Positions 1 through 10,330 of a DNA stretch of 64,000 nt are shown here, one piece after another. Origin of the DNA: a virus. The notes below the pieces were generated by a model. The model made no database searches, had not been told where the DNA came from, and saw only the letters and a list, made by a program, of their open reading frames with translations. The DNA lies in IMG/VR virus record IMGVR_UViG_3300031673_012789. One strand, 5' to 3'. Position 1 is the stretch's first letter, and the number at the start of each line of letters is the position of its first letter. Both the position numbers and the translations under genes were made by a program.

Positions 1-76
1 AGTGCCTAGTTTTATCTACAGCCAGGATGACTGTAGGAATCCCTGGTAAAACTAGGAAAAACCACGATTTTTCGTG

Positions 77-159
77 TGCGCCCGGAGGGATTCGAACCCC
101 CGTCACCGGCTTAAAAGGCCGGGGCATATCGGCTTTCGCCTCCACTTTGCTACGAGCGC
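77..159 (-). tRNA. tRNA-Lys(UUU)-like gene with expanded D-arm (83 nt)
   Basis: Reverse complement gives acceptor GCGCTCG/CGGGCGC, T-arm GGGGGTTCGAATCCCTC and anticodon stem-loop CCGGC-CTTTTAA-GCCGG (anticodon UUU). The D region carries about 11 extra nt. Ends approximate. Confidence 0.5.
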
Positions 160-221
160 AAAATTACAATACGTCAAAGATCTATGATTTTTTAAATGAA
201 ATCTAACATTATAAGCTAAAA

Positions 222-255
222 AAGGCGGAGAGAACTTAATCTTTCCGCCTTTAGT
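222..255 (-). terminator. intrinsic terminator downstream of the 616..1050 gene
   Basis: On the minus strand GGCGGAAAG..CTCTCCGCC forms a hairpin followed by TTTTTT. Confidence 0.5.
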
Positions 256-550
256 ATATCTTTTTACAGTTAGTTATATTCCTGTTTTTGATCTCCTTTC
301 AGCGGACAAAATCCTTCCCTTTGCGTTGCCTTTATCATCGGCCACGTTCCAAATATTCATAATATTTCTTCCTTTTGTCATTGCTGAAAGCTTTAAACTT
401 TATTTAATATTCTATTTTATTATATATCATGCAAAAAGTTTCACATTAATTCAACTTAATGCATAAAAATCTATTTGCTGTTAGTTTCCGCCGTTTCCGG
501 TAATCATTTAATCTATGCTCACATAGACACAAACAGACTATTCAATTTAT

Positions 551-606
551 GCTAATATAATACTTTTTATTGGGATAAAAAAATTTTTAGGCAATTATTT
601 TCAAAT
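551..606 (-). promoter_or_regulatory. conserved intergenic motif (plus-strand reading AATATAA(C)C..GGGATAAAAAAAT..GGCAA(C)T..TTTTCAAA), candidate phage promoter
   Basis: Near-identical copies at 2004-2062, 11293-11348, 14431-14478, 35616-35670, 35708-35770, 36904-36960, 39088-39146, 40041-40088, 48889-48940, 54492-54540, 59478-59520, 62305-62360, 62666-62715 and others. Confidence 0.5.
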
Positions 607-615
607 TCTTTTCTA

Positions 616-1050
616 TTAATCACCGGTCCAATTACCTGTACCTGCATAAAAATTATGGAGTGCCTCATTTCCATTTCTTACATGCTCATGCCATCTGTTA
701 CTTCCATTAAGTTTCCAAGAATAACCATAACTCTTAATATAAGTTTCTTCCCAAAATCCTTCATCCCCAAATCTTTCAATAAACTCTTCTTTATACTTTT
801 CAAATTGTACAAGACTGGTCATTACTCGACTTGACATATGATCAATTGGCATTTGAATAGACGGTTTTTTCTTATTCAAAGTTTCTTCTGACCAACCAGA
901 TACTCTTCTACGAATATCATCCATGTTTCTAATGGAATCAATCCACTCATTATGTTTTTCCCAATCTTCTTGAGTAGGTTTAACATCATCCCATGTCATT
1001 GTTTTAAGATCCACTTTACGCCTAACGAAACCATCTTCTACTTCTTTCAT
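616..1050 (-). CDS. hypothetical protein (144 aa)
   Basis: Long minus-strand ORF co-oriented with the whole element and preceded by the conserved intergenic motif. No recognisable motif. Confidence 0.5.
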   Translation of the reverse strand: MKEVEDGFVRRKVDLKTMTWDDVKPTQEDWEKHNEWIDSIRNMDDIRRRVSGWSEETLNKKKPSIQMPIDHMSSRVMTSLVQFEKYKEEFIERFGDEGFWEETYIKSYGYSWKLNGSNRWHEHVRNGNEALHNFYAGTGNWTGD

Positions 1051-1631
1051 TCTTTTATGTTTGTATGTTTACTATCAATAAAAAAATTGGTGCACACCCA
1101 CAGAAAAGTTTCTCCATGCCCTTGGTTTAAAGGGGATTCGCACCAATTGAGTTTAGCATCTGGCGTTCTACATATATCATCTTGAACTCATACGCGAAAC
1201 TACGTACTATAACAACCATCTTGTTCAAGACACCTGCCGAATCAGTAGCCGTCTCCTGCCCCAAAGTTGCATGGTGGCCTAGCTGAACGGTATCAGCATA
1301 AAGTAGTGAGGAAAATTCGGTTACCTCAAAACCTCGGTGATATTTCTTTTACTATCCCTATCACATAGGAAGATTAATGTCCATTATTACTTTAAGAGTT
1401 CTGGCACTGATTTCTATTTTAAGATGATCTTCAGTTTTTCAGCTTTTTTACCACCGCCCAAGGCCTCTACATAAGAGCCTTAACATTTTGCAGATGACTG
1501 CGCCTAGCCGTATTACAGCTTCAGCATTAAGACTCCAGGTTACCTGGTATTCACTGAACCCAAATCCCCGTCTAATTCGGGTTTAACTTTCACCCTCTTG
1601 GTAACAACTTTCATTAATATTTTAAAGAACT

Positions 1632-1976
1632 TCATTTCCCCATGAAACCACCGGCTCCTAAGGTAATTATATCTAATCCTACAAGGATTGCCACAGTTGC
1701 TAATGCAAATGCAATTCCAACCCAAATAGCTACTCTCCAATTCATTCCTCTTGCTTGTTTCTTTGCATAATCAACAACAGTAGATGGCATAGTAACTACT
1801 TCCTTTTTAGGAGTCTTAGGATTATCAACTAAAACAATGTCCATAGATTTTTTAATTCTTCTGGAATCTTCTCCATCAAAATCAATTGTCCAAGTTTTAG
1901 TAGTTTCAGCTGTAATAACACCAAGAAATTGATCTCCATTGGTATAAGTTACTTTTACTTTATCTCCTATTTTCAT
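1632..1976 (-). CDS. hypothetical protein with C-terminal transmembrane helix
   Basis: ORF track. Hydrophobic C-terminus AIWVGIAFALATVAILVGL. Confidence 0.45.
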   Translation of the reverse strand: MKIGDKVKVTYTNGDQFLGVITAETTKTWTIDFDGEDSRRIKKSMDIVLVDNPKTPKKEVVTMPSTVVDYAKKQARGMNWRVAIWVGIAFALATVAILVGLDIITLGAGGFMGK

Positions 1977-2439
1977 AACACTATTATTTATAATATTATA
2001 GTCTTAATATAACCAAAAGATTCGAAATAAAAAAATATTTGAGGAATTATTTTCAAAAAATTATCTAAGCATTCTCTCAGTCCATCCTTTTAATTCTTCC
2101 ATGAATTCAATCAATTCATCTTGACTTAATTTTGGAAAAACTTTAGATCTCATGTAAGCAACTAGGTCTCCAAATGTTTGAGACACTTTATCATCATATC
2201 GTTCCTCAATATTCTCTTTAACTAATTTCATTTTATATAAGCTGTTTTTACTTTCGGGTTTTGTTTAACTTTTTCTATATATTGCCAAGGCTTCTCAATA
2301 CCCTGATATTCCTTTTTGTACCCGTTAAGGTATACTACCACAACTGTATAAACTTTTGGTCTGAGTGGCACTATTATACCCTCAAAGAACTCTCTTCTTG
2401 TATTCTTGAAAAATGGATGCATTTGTCCCTTTATTTTAT

Positions 2440-2787
2440 TTATTCATAAGGAACAGCGTGATTTTCATTTATTAGTTGTTGATTAATTGAATTAGACCAT
2501 TCTAAAACAGGAGTATCAATATAATAAACCTCTGCTAACCATCTTCCATATTTTCCTTTTTCATCTTTATAAGTTTTCAAAAGAACTTCTTTTTCAAGAA
2601 TTAAATCTCTTACTCTATCTCTAGCTAAAATTCCTTTTGGCCTTTCTTCTCCTCTCATTTCCCATGCATCAATTTTTAACCAACGAATAACTTGGTTTTT
2701 TATCCAAACACCAAATCCTAAATCAATATCTACTCTCATTGTATCAGCATCGTATACATCAATAACTTTCGCTTTATATTCGTACAT
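2440..2787 (-). CDS. thermonuclease / staphylococcal-nuclease-like (SNase) protein
   Basis: VIDVYDADTMRV..IRWLKIDAWE..RPKG..KYGRWLAEVYY aligns with the SNase motifs (IDGDT, DTPE, KYGRGLAYIY). Confidence 0.6.
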   Translation of the reverse strand: MYEYKAKVIDVYDADTMRVDIDLGFGVWIKNQVIRWLKIDAWEMRGEERPKGILARDRVRDLILEKEVLLKTYKDEKGKYGRWLAEVYYIDTPVLEWSNSINQQLINENHAVPYE

Positions 2788-3032
2788 TATTGTAAATTAT
2801 TTTTATCAAGATTTTTAAGATATTCATCTCTTTCTTCTTCTCTATTATAGAAATAAAGCTCTTCTTTTTTACTATCTAGAAATGTTAATTCTATGATATA
2901 ATATTTTTTCTCGAAAGATGATTTAGTAACAGGCTTATACTGTTTAACTAAAGAGAGATTAATTCTACGATCGCCAAAAGATATGAACATGTGAATCCTT
3001 TTCTTTATATATTCTAAATGAAAAAAGGCCAA
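2787..3032 (-). CDS. hypothetical protein (81 aa)
   Basis: ORF track. Start codon abuts the stop of 2440..2787. Confidence 0.35.
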   Translation of the reverse strand: MAFFHLEYIKKRIHMFISFGDRRINLSLVKQYKPVTKSSFEKKYYIIELTFLDSKKEELYFYNREEERDEYLKNLDKNNLQ

Positions 3033-3914
3033 GACGCTAAAGCGACTCGACCTTTTTTGTTTTTTCCGAGAATAATTAGATAGTGCGATTTGTTGAGAGT
3101 TTTTCTTCTCCTGTCATCAGCATTTAATAGGGAATATGTACGGGAATATTGCCGCCATAAAACCGTCTCCGAAGAGGACGAGGTTTGCCCCAACCTATTA
3201 ATCACCTTAAGATAACGTATGCCTGGTTTATAGAATTACTTCTATTCCCTGGCTTCTCATAGTTGAATTTAATTAAAGCAAATTTAATTTGTTTACGATG
3301 AATCACTAATCTTAACTACGGTTTGTTATTTCCTGAGAATTATTGCATTGCGTGTTTTTTCTAGAGTTTCTATCTCTATGGAGTTTATTTCAACCCGGTC
3401 TCCAACCGTTCTAAGTAGAGGATTTATGTGTTCGTCCTCCCAGCCATCTTAGTTTCCTGACCTTTTTGATACCAGTGCTCCCTTTGGAATTTCTTCCTCA
3501 GGCCTTTTTATCTCATGCCTTGTGCCGTGTACCTGTTTTAACCTATTGATCTAAGATAATCCCGAAGGATTTGTTGTTTACGAAGTACCGCAAATACTGA
3601 CTACAGTAAAATTTTCAATATTGTATAAGAACGTTTTTATAGATTATTTATAAATCTAATATAACCATTATATCTTAACTTGATGCACAAGTTTTGTTAA
3701 GTTTTATTTAAATTAATGAGATTCAGTATGAATAATTCCTCTTCTTGGTAATTCTTCTATTTGACATAACATATTTTTGAATGGGTTGACAAATAATTCA
3801 TCCGCAACTATAAAAAAACCCTCTTGTTTTTCCATAATGTCAAATAAATCACTCAGATCTTCGGCCATTACAATTAATGTAACTCCTCCAAAAAATATAT
3901 TGTAAGGTCTCATT

Positions 3915-4892
3915 TTAAAAATCTTTTATATAATTGTCAATAAATTTCAATACTTCATTAAGTCTTCGCTCATAGCTTCCTGGATAATAAAAGCTATTTA
4001 CTACAATTCCAGCTTCACTAAAATTATTTAGGTGAATACCAGCTAATTCGTCTCTTCTAGCTTTATTAAACCGTGTTCCATCATCTACATAAGGAGCATC
4101 AGCAGACAAATAAATGTATTTGTCCATTTCATTTGCATCTTCTATCCAAAAAGGATATTTAATTTTTCTTCCAAATAAAAATTTAGCATATCCTTGAGTA
4201 ATTGTTAAATCAGTGTCAACAAACAAAAGTTTATTCGCAGATCGAGTATATTTCAATATATGTTTAGCATGTTCAACACCAACTAGTTTTAAGTCCTCGA
4301 TTGTGCATTCAGCTGAATCCGGAACCAATTCTCTCCCTAGTTCAGGACACCAAACTGTATTATAAAGTTTTGCTAATTCCTGAGCCATCATAGTTTTTCC
4401 TGTTGATTCAGTTCCAACAATAGCAATTTTTTTAACAAAATAATCCTTAGCATAATTGTTCAAATAATCCCAGTGCTTAAATGGTTTACTTCTTATCATT
4501 GTAGCACTTATAGGAACTATTGTCCTTTCTTGGTTAAACACCCAGTTTTCTGCTCCCATGCAAGTTGCAAAATGCTTTCCATAATCTTCAGAACTGAATA
4601 CTCTAGAAAATTGTCCAAAATTCTCAAGAATATGTTTACCCCACCAAGCACTCAGATCCTCAAAACTTAAGTCATCCGGATGGTTTATATTATCCCCTTT
4701 CACTTCTATTTTAGGGTCATGCAGATAGGTCTGAGTGACCCAGCTTAAACGGTGTTTCAATGGAATTGGTTCACCTTCTCTAGCACCAACAAGTATTGTA
4801 AGATAATCACAATTACTTTTAGCGTATTCAATTAAGGCCTCATGACCTTTATGAAATGGCATAAATTTTCCTATAATGAATCCTTTTATCAT
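3915..4892 (-). CDS. nadR: NadR-like bifunctional NMN adenylyltransferase / ribosylnicotinamide kinase
   Basis: N-terminal GKFMPFHKGH matches the (H/T)xGH nucleotidyltransferase motif. C-terminal GTESTGKT is the Walker A of the RNK domain. 4-nt overlap with the upstream macro-domain gene. Confidence 0.7.
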   Translation of the reverse strand: MIKGFIIGKFMPFHKGHEALIEYAKSNCDYLTILVGAREGEPIPLKHRLSWVTQTYLHDPKIEVKGDNINHPDDLSFEDLSAWWGKHILENFGQFSRVFSSEDYGKHFATCMGAENWVFNQERTIVPISATMIRSKPFKHWDYLNNYAKDYFVKKIAIVGTESTGKTMMAQELAKLYNTVWCPELGRELVPDSAECTIEDLKLVGVEHAKHILKYTRSANKLLFVDTDLTITQGYAKFLFGRKIKYPFWIEDANEMDKYIYLSADAPYVDDGTRFNKARRDELAGIHLNNFSEAGIVVNSFYYPGSYERRLNEVLKFIDNYIKDF

Positions 4893-5368
4893 TTATTTTT
4901 ATCATAATGAACTATTGTGACATCCATGTCTTTAAGTTCTATTTCAATAATCTTTTTAATTTTTTCCCAATCTCCTCCAGCTAAACCTGACCCAATTAAA
5001 GGAATACCGATAGATTTCCTTTTATAATTATGATTAATTTTTCTCATTACTAATTTTATAGCATCATAATCAACTGGTTTTTTATCTCCATCTTCATGAT
5101 TAGGTCCATATCTATATTGAGTATAAGCATTTATGATAGTTAACCAACCTTTATCATTTATTTCAAGATCTGCAAAAGTATAATTTCCAAGTTTCATTAT
5201 ATCTCCCTTACGAGTTCTTTGATCTGCTCGCCAGGCATCCGGAATTCTTTCTTTAATTTCTTTTGCTATACCAGCACCCATTGTACAGAAACAATTACAT
5301 CCATGAACTATTATATCAAAATGGCCTTCTAGACCCAGATCAATTAAGTTTCCTTTTATTTCTTTCAT
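4889..5368 (-). CDS. macro domain (ADP-ribose binding/processing) protein
   Basis: HGCNCFCTMGAGIAKEI plus a G-rich loop IGIPLIGSGLAGG are typical of Macro/Appr-1-p processing domains. Operonic with the nadR-like gene. Confidence 0.65.
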   Translation of the reverse strand: MKEIKGNLIDLGLEGHFDIIVHGCNCFCTMGAGIAKEIKERIPDAWRADQRTRKGDIMKLGNYTFADLEINDKGWLTIINAYTQYRYGPNHEDGDKKPVDYDAIKLVMRKINHNYKRKSIGIPLIGSGLAGGDWEKIKKIIEIELKDMDVTIVHYDKNK

Positions 5369-5473
5369 TATATGATTTTATATCGGGATTTAAGGACTTT
5401 CATTTCATTTTTTTCGTCATTTACAAATAGCACTATTGCAGCTTGTTTATAAGGATCTAATGACCATGCAATA

Positions 5474-5773
5474 TCAGTTGGTTCTACGTTTTTTGTTCTT
5501 TTCTTTCTTCCGTTTAGATTCAGATCCTTCGGACCCAAAATCAATACTCCGTTTGTAAGTTTCATAATTTTTTGATGTTATTGAATATGTTGAATCTTTT
5601 ACTGTCATGTAATATCCATCGACCATTTCTACCCGGTCAAAATATAAAACCTCTATATTGACATTATATTCTATCATAAATGGATGAATATTTTCCCAAT
5701 TCGTTTTTTGAACTGTATAATCTGTTATGACTGCAAAGCCTAACAGTATTCCTAACCATAATCCACTTAGCAT
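5474..5773 (-). CDS. hypothetical membrane-anchored protein; overlaps out-of-frame ORF 5368..5565
   Basis: N-terminal TM helix LSGLWLGILLGFAVI. The two ORFs overlap by 92 nt in different frames, so a frameshift is possible. Confidence 0.35.
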   Translation of the reverse strand: MLSGLWLGILLGFAVITDYTVQKTNWENIHPFMIEYNVNIEVLYFDRVEMVDGYYMTVKDSTYSITSKNYETYKRSIDFGSEGSESKRKKEKNKKRRTN

Positions 5774-7734
5774 TAGAATTTATATTTAAGTGTTACTAAT
5801 CCATTTGTTTTAGCCATTACAAAATATAAAGGATCTCCGTCATATCCCATAATAGCATTTCCAAGAATTAATTCATTGGTGATATTATTTAAGTTAGCTT
5901 GTAATGATATCCTTTTGAATTTTAATCCTGTATAAGCATTCAATGTTGTATATGATGGTAGTGTATGATCATTAGCAAAATCTATATAGCTATCACCATT
6001 ATATCTTACATTTAGACCAACATAAAACCAATCCTTTAGGTTATATTTAACATCAGTACTAATTATCACCGAAGGTGTTAAAACTGGCTGAAATGTTTGA
6101 TCATTTTCTTTTATTCTATTATATGAAATATTTCCAACTAATATGAATTCTAAGCCATTAAACATCTTATAACTTCCATTAATTTCTACACCACTTCTAA
6201 ATGAATTATCTACATTTTGATGAAGCAAAATTCCGTTTGGACCATATTGTCCATTAAGAACTATTTCATTTTTGAAATTCATATAATACAAGTTAGTGTT
6301 TAATGATAATCCATCTTTGCTATATTTGAATCCCAATTCATTATCAAGAGCAGTTTCTGGTACAGTTGGATTATAAGCAGTTGAATCATAATCATCCCAA
6401 CCCATAAACAAATCGGTCCTTGTTGGTTCCCTATTAGTTCTTCCAATTCCATAATAAATGTTGGAATAAGTTCCAGTCCTTACAGTAATACCTGCTGACC
6501 AATTAAGGAAGCTATATTTTTGTGATTCAAAAGGTATAATACCATCATAAGAGAATATGCTGTAACGGTATTGTACATCTCCATAGATTGACAAGTATTT
6601 AGTTTTAACTTCACCTTTAGCGTATGGCGAAACTTCATTCCTAGCTCCATTATTATAATAAGCTTTATCTCCATTATAATAACCTTCATGGTCTCTATTA
6701 TAAGTATATGCGCTTACTCCATAATTTGTACTCAACCAATCTCCTGCTTTCAAATTGTAATTTATAACAGTTCCAAACCAATTTGCTTTAAGAGCAATTC
6801 TATTCATTAAATCTCCATAATTCAAACTAGGATCAAAATGAGCTATATCTGTATCATACCAACCTTTTAAATACGTATGATAAACAATTATTTTCAATCC
6901 ATATTTATCCCAATGTACTTGGTTATGAATATACAAGAAATCATCAGTTTCATCTGGTGTATTCGAATTATATCTTGGGTCTTTATAAATTGAATCAATT
7001 GGTTCTCCTAACCAACCCATACCATTTCTTTGTTTTCCAATAAATCCATAGAGAGTAAAATCTTTAACTTTACCACCATAAAAAGTAGACCATGAATTAT
7101 TTGATGTGTTATATTTAAAACCTTGTGTACTTCCATAAGATCCATTAATAAAGAAATTTGAAGTAGATACGCCACCACTAGCATTGAAAGTTCCAAATGA
7201 TCCCATGGATAATTCAGAATTCAAAGAAAATTTATTTGGAAATTCTATAAAGTTAAAATTTATACTTCCACCATAAGAAGATACACCAGGTTTCGACATC
7301 CCAGCTCCTCTAATTACTTGAACATTATCAACTGCTCCAAGAAAATTGTAATAATTATTGTAGTAAATTCCCTGATCTTCTGGTTCATTCATTGGAACTC
7401 CGTTAAATGTTGAATTAATTCGAGTTTGATCAATCCCTCTCATTCTATAATAAATGTAGCCACTTCCCATACCATTATCAGAATAATAAGTCATGGAAGG
7501 TGTTTTAGATAATAAAACTGCTGGTTCTGTGGATCCTAACCTTAAATCGATAGATTTTTTATTAATATTTGTAAAAGAAAATGGTGTTTCCTTTACTGCT
7601 GAATATGGACCCGTTATTATCACTTCTTTTACATGGATAGTGTCGATTGCCCATAAATTTTCATAAGCCGGATCTTGAGCAGATAATGTAATACCTGCTA
7701 TAAATAGTAACAATATAATAAATAAATTTTTCAT
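5773..7734 (-). CDS. TonB-dependent outer-membrane receptor-like protein
   Basis: Signal peptide MKNLFIILLLFIAGITLSAQ. Plug-domain motif YRMRGIDQTRINSTFNGVPMNEPED. Long Tyr/Gly/Asn-rich beta-barrel region with C-terminal aromatic residue (..LKYKF). Confidence 0.6.
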   Translation of the reverse strand: MKNLFIILLLFIAGITLSAQDPAYENLWAIDTIHVKEVIITGPYSAVKETPFSFTNINKKSIDLRLGSTEPAVLLSKTPSMTYYSDNGMGSGYIYYRMRGIDQTRINSTFNGVPMNEPEDQGIYYNNYYNFLGAVDNVQVIRGAGMSKPGVSSYGGSINFNFIEFPNKFSLNSELSMGSFGTFNASGGVSTSNFFINGSYGSTQGFKYNTSNNSWSTFYGGKVKDFTLYGFIGKQRNGMGWLGEPIDSIYKDPRYNSNTPDETDDFLYIHNQVHWDKYGLKIIVYHTYLKGWYDTDIAHFDPSLNYGDLMNRIALKANWFGTVINYNLKAGDWLSTNYGVSAYTYNRDHEGYYNGDKAYYNNGARNEVSPYAKGEVKTKYLSIYGDVQYRYSIFSYDGIIPFESQKYSFLNWSAGITVRTGTYSNIYYGIGRTNREPTRTDLFMGWDDYDSTAYNPTVPETALDNELGFKYSKDGLSLNTNLYYMNFKNEIVLNGQYGPNGILLHQNVDNSFRSGVEINGSYKMFNGLEFILVGNISYNRIKENDQTFQPVLTPSVIISTDVKYNLKDWFYVGLNVRYNGDSYIDFANDHTLPSYTTLNAYTGLKFKRISLQANLNNITNELILGNAIMGYDGDPLYFVMAKTNGLVTLKYKF

Positions 7735-7817
7735 AACTTTTTCTTAACAATTTTTGTGAAACCTTTTTTAAATTCACCATATAAAAAGTACTGAACGCTA
7801 GTGAAAGTACTATCTTC

Positions 7818-8270
7818 TTATTTAATAATATTCTCTTTTAACATCTCTAATCCATGATAAATCCCTACTTCTAAAGCTATCTCATAATCATCATATGTTG
7901 GCTGACTTCTGAATTTATCCAATTTATGTAATCTAGCATAGTCTTTACCGCTTAGTTTCATATTATAGGCATGGGAATCCCATTTTTTTACATTTGGTCT
8001 GAATCCAACAAAAACATTAATTTGATGTTCATTTCTTAACCAAGATTGTAAGGCATATATTGATGGCCTACTGCAATAATAATTAAACCCTTCCGGAATT
8101 AGACCAGACCATTCGTCAGATATTATTCCCGGGAGAATTTTTCCATCTTTAGTTTCATATTGTTCAATAGCAAAACATTCTGGAGATTGATCTGGATATC
8201 CAAGTTCATGAGCTAAATAAGCAGTTCCAATATTAACTAACTTATCACTATATTCATTGTGGGTTTTCAT
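7818..8270 (-). CDS. hypothetical protein (150 aa)
   Basis: ORF track. Operonic overlap with 8267..8557. Confidence 0.4.
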   Translation of the reverse strand: MKTHNEYSDKLVNIGTAYLAHELGYPDQSPECFAIEQYETKDGKILPGIISDEWSGLIPEGFNYYCSRPSIYALQSWLRNEHQINVFVGFRPNVKKWDSHAYNMKLSGKDYARLHKLDKFRSQPTYDDYEIALEVGIYHGLEMLKENIIK

Positions 8271-8557
8271 TGTTCATAAATCTTAACAAGAGTATCTCTA
8301 AGAGCTCCTTCAAAAATTTTTTTATCAACTTTTTCAAATTCCTCACCAAAATTCTGTCGACAGAATTCAATATGATTTTCGCGTAAAGTATTAACTAATG
8401 CTCCATCAGTAACATTTATATGTAATACTCTATTTTTATCTTGACGATAATAATGGGTTCCACCTTCATCAATACGTCTAAAACACGCTCCTATTTCATC
8501 GGTGCTATCAGGATTTTTATATCCTACACAAGTTACAATTTTTTGATTAACGTCCAT
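8267..8557 (-). CDS. hypothetical protein (96 aa)
   Basis: ORF track. Confidence 0.4.
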   Translation of the reverse strand: MDVNQKIVTCVGYKNPDSTDEIGACFRRIDEGGTHYYRQDKNRVLHINVTDGALVNTLRENHIEFCRQNFGEEFEKVDKKIFEGALRDTLVKIYEQ

Positions 8558-8558
8558 T

Positions 8559-9734
8559 TTATTTTATATTTAGTACATATTTAGCAATTTCAATTTCTTT
8601 TTTATCTCCAGTATGCTTTCCTTCTGCATCTGATAATTTAATACATGGATGCCAATCTTCTCCTTCGGGTTTAGCTGATATCATTTTAACAACCATATTA
8701 AGAGGTGTTACACCAACATCATTAGAGAAGTTAGTTCCAATACCAAAAGAACATTTGATTTTTCCTCTACAAAAATCTTTTATTTCAACTGCTTTTTCAG
8801 GATTTAATGAATCAGAAAAAACAATTGCTTTGGCTTTTGGATCAATCCCTAATTTCTCATAGTGATTAATTACCTTTTGAGCAAATTCGATGGGATCCCC
8901 AGAATCATGACGAACACCATCATATAATTTAGCAAATTTCTTATCAAATGCATTAAAGAAAACTTCGGTTGTAAATGTATCTGATAAAGCAATACCAAGA
9001 TCTCCACGAAAAACATCAGTCCAATTTTCCATAGCTAAAGAATTAGCCATTTTGTAACCATATTTTGCAGCATGAAACATAAACCATTCATGAGCATGAG
9101 TACCAATTGGTGTAATGTTGTATTTATGAGCAAGGTGAACGTTAGAAGTTCCAACAAAATTACTATTTCCAACTCCTCCTTTCATTTGTTCAACAAATTC
9201 ATCTTGAATTTGATATGAAAATCTTCTCCTTGTTGAAAAACAAGCAAAATGCATCCCATTCAATCTAAAAAGTTGCTTTTTCTGATTATTATTTTCATAT
9301 CTTACATTTTCCTGCCATGGATGTTCTCCAGCCATTAAAAAATATAATTCAGAAATAAGAGCCATTAACGGAACTTCCCATAAAATAGTTCTATGCCAAT
9401 ATCCTGTGATTGTAATTCTAAGACCACCTTTATCTTGAATGATCCCAATTTCTGAAGAATCATATCGATATCCATAAAGGAAATCTAAATAAGTTGGATC
9501 AAGGTAATAACATTTCTTATTTAACCAAGATTTTTCTTCTTTAGTTAAAGCAAGATTTTCCATCATTTTGATTTGCGATCTAAGTTCTTCAGCAAATCCT
9601 TCCGGAAATTGAGTTTTTCCCCTGTTGATGAATGCATATTTTACCTTAGCTCTCGGAAATTTCTTCACAACAGCTTGCTGCATAGTCAATTTATAAAGAT
9701 CATTGTCTAAGATGTCATTAATTATTTGCTTCAT
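8559..9734 (-). CDS. pncB: nicotinate phosphoribosyltransferase (PncB family; NAMPT/Namat-like alternative not excluded)
   Basis: N-terminal DNDLYKLTMQQA matches the PncB signature DAYKLHMQQA. Length 391 aa fits PncB. Confidence 0.7.
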   Translation of the reverse strand: MKQIINDILDNDLYKLTMQQAVVKKFPRAKVKYAFINRGKTQFPEGFAEELRSQIKMMENLALTKEEKSWLNKKCYYLDPTYLDFLYGYRYDSSEIGIIQDKGGLRITITGYWHRTILWEVPLMALISELYFLMAGEHPWQENVRYENNNQKKQLFRLNGMHFACFSTRRRFSYQIQDEFVEQMKGGVGNSNFVGTSNVHLAHKYNITPIGTHAHEWFMFHAAKYGYKMANSLAMENWTDVFRGDLGIALSDTFTTEVFFNAFDKKFAKLYDGVRHDSGDPIEFAQKVINHYEKLGIDPKAKAIVFSDSLNPEKAVEIKDFCRGKIKCSFGIGTNFSNDVGVTPLNMVVKMISAKPEGEDWHPCIKLSDAEGKHTGDKKEIEIAKYVLNIK

Positions 9735-9737
9735 GAT

Positions 9738-10070
9738 TTATTTCTTTCCTGTTAAAACCCAATAATCACATCCTTGGCTTGGGCCTTCATATAAATCTAC
9801 TTTATCTTCCCATCCGGCAGCATGATATCTTCTTGCAAGTTCTGATCTCATTAATTTTTTTCTTGTTTCTTTAATATGAATTTGTCTATCTTCACCTGGA
9901 AGATAATCAAATCTCACAATACTAAACTCTATAGAAACTGAGTTATTATCAAAATCCCTTATAATTTTCTCATCAATATATTTTTCAATTTTATCGATGA
10001 TTCTTAATTCTTCTGCAGACAAAGGATCCTCCTTGAGTTTCTTCTTTATTTCACTATACTTTATTGCCAT
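9738..10070 (-). CDS. hypothetical protein (110 aa)
   Basis: ORF track. Confidence 0.4.
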   Translation of the reverse strand: MAIKYSEIKKKLKEDPLSAEELRIIDKIEKYIDEKIIRDFDNNSVSIEFSIVRFDYLPGEDRQIHIKETRKKLMRSELARRYHAAGWEDKVDLYEGPSQGCDYWVLTGKK

Positions 10071-10329
10071 TTTCTTTTACTTTTACATCCTTAAAATATC
10101 TCATTGTGATAAATGTTCCAACACCTGCTCCTAACATTGAAGATAAAAGAAGCCAGTTATTGTCAACATATCCTATTGTTATTTTTGCAAACAATATCCA
10201 AGCTATCATATTCATCATAGTAGCTAAGTATGTTTGATTTCTAGCAATTGATTTAATTACATAAATATAAACAATATGCCAAACTACTGTTGCAAAGAAT
10301 GCTATTACATGTGGCCAAAATATTTCCAT
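10054..10329 (-). CDS. small integral membrane protein (3 predicted TM helices)
   Basis: Hydrophobic stretches across 91 aa. Sits inside the NAD island. Confidence 0.4.
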   Translation of the reverse strand: MEIFWPHVIAFFATVVWHIVYIYVIKSIARNQTYLATMMNMIAWILFAKITIGYVDNNWLLLSSMLGAGVGTFITMRYFKDVKVKENGNKV

Positions 10330-10330
10330 T

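Noticed and set aside
1186-1540. An ORF-poor, moderately GC-rich 350-nt stretch between genes 616..1050 and 1632..1976, considered as another ncRNA
   Set aside because: No flanking promoter-motif/terminator pair and no recognisable structure motif. It could equally be a decayed gene. Too little evidence to call.
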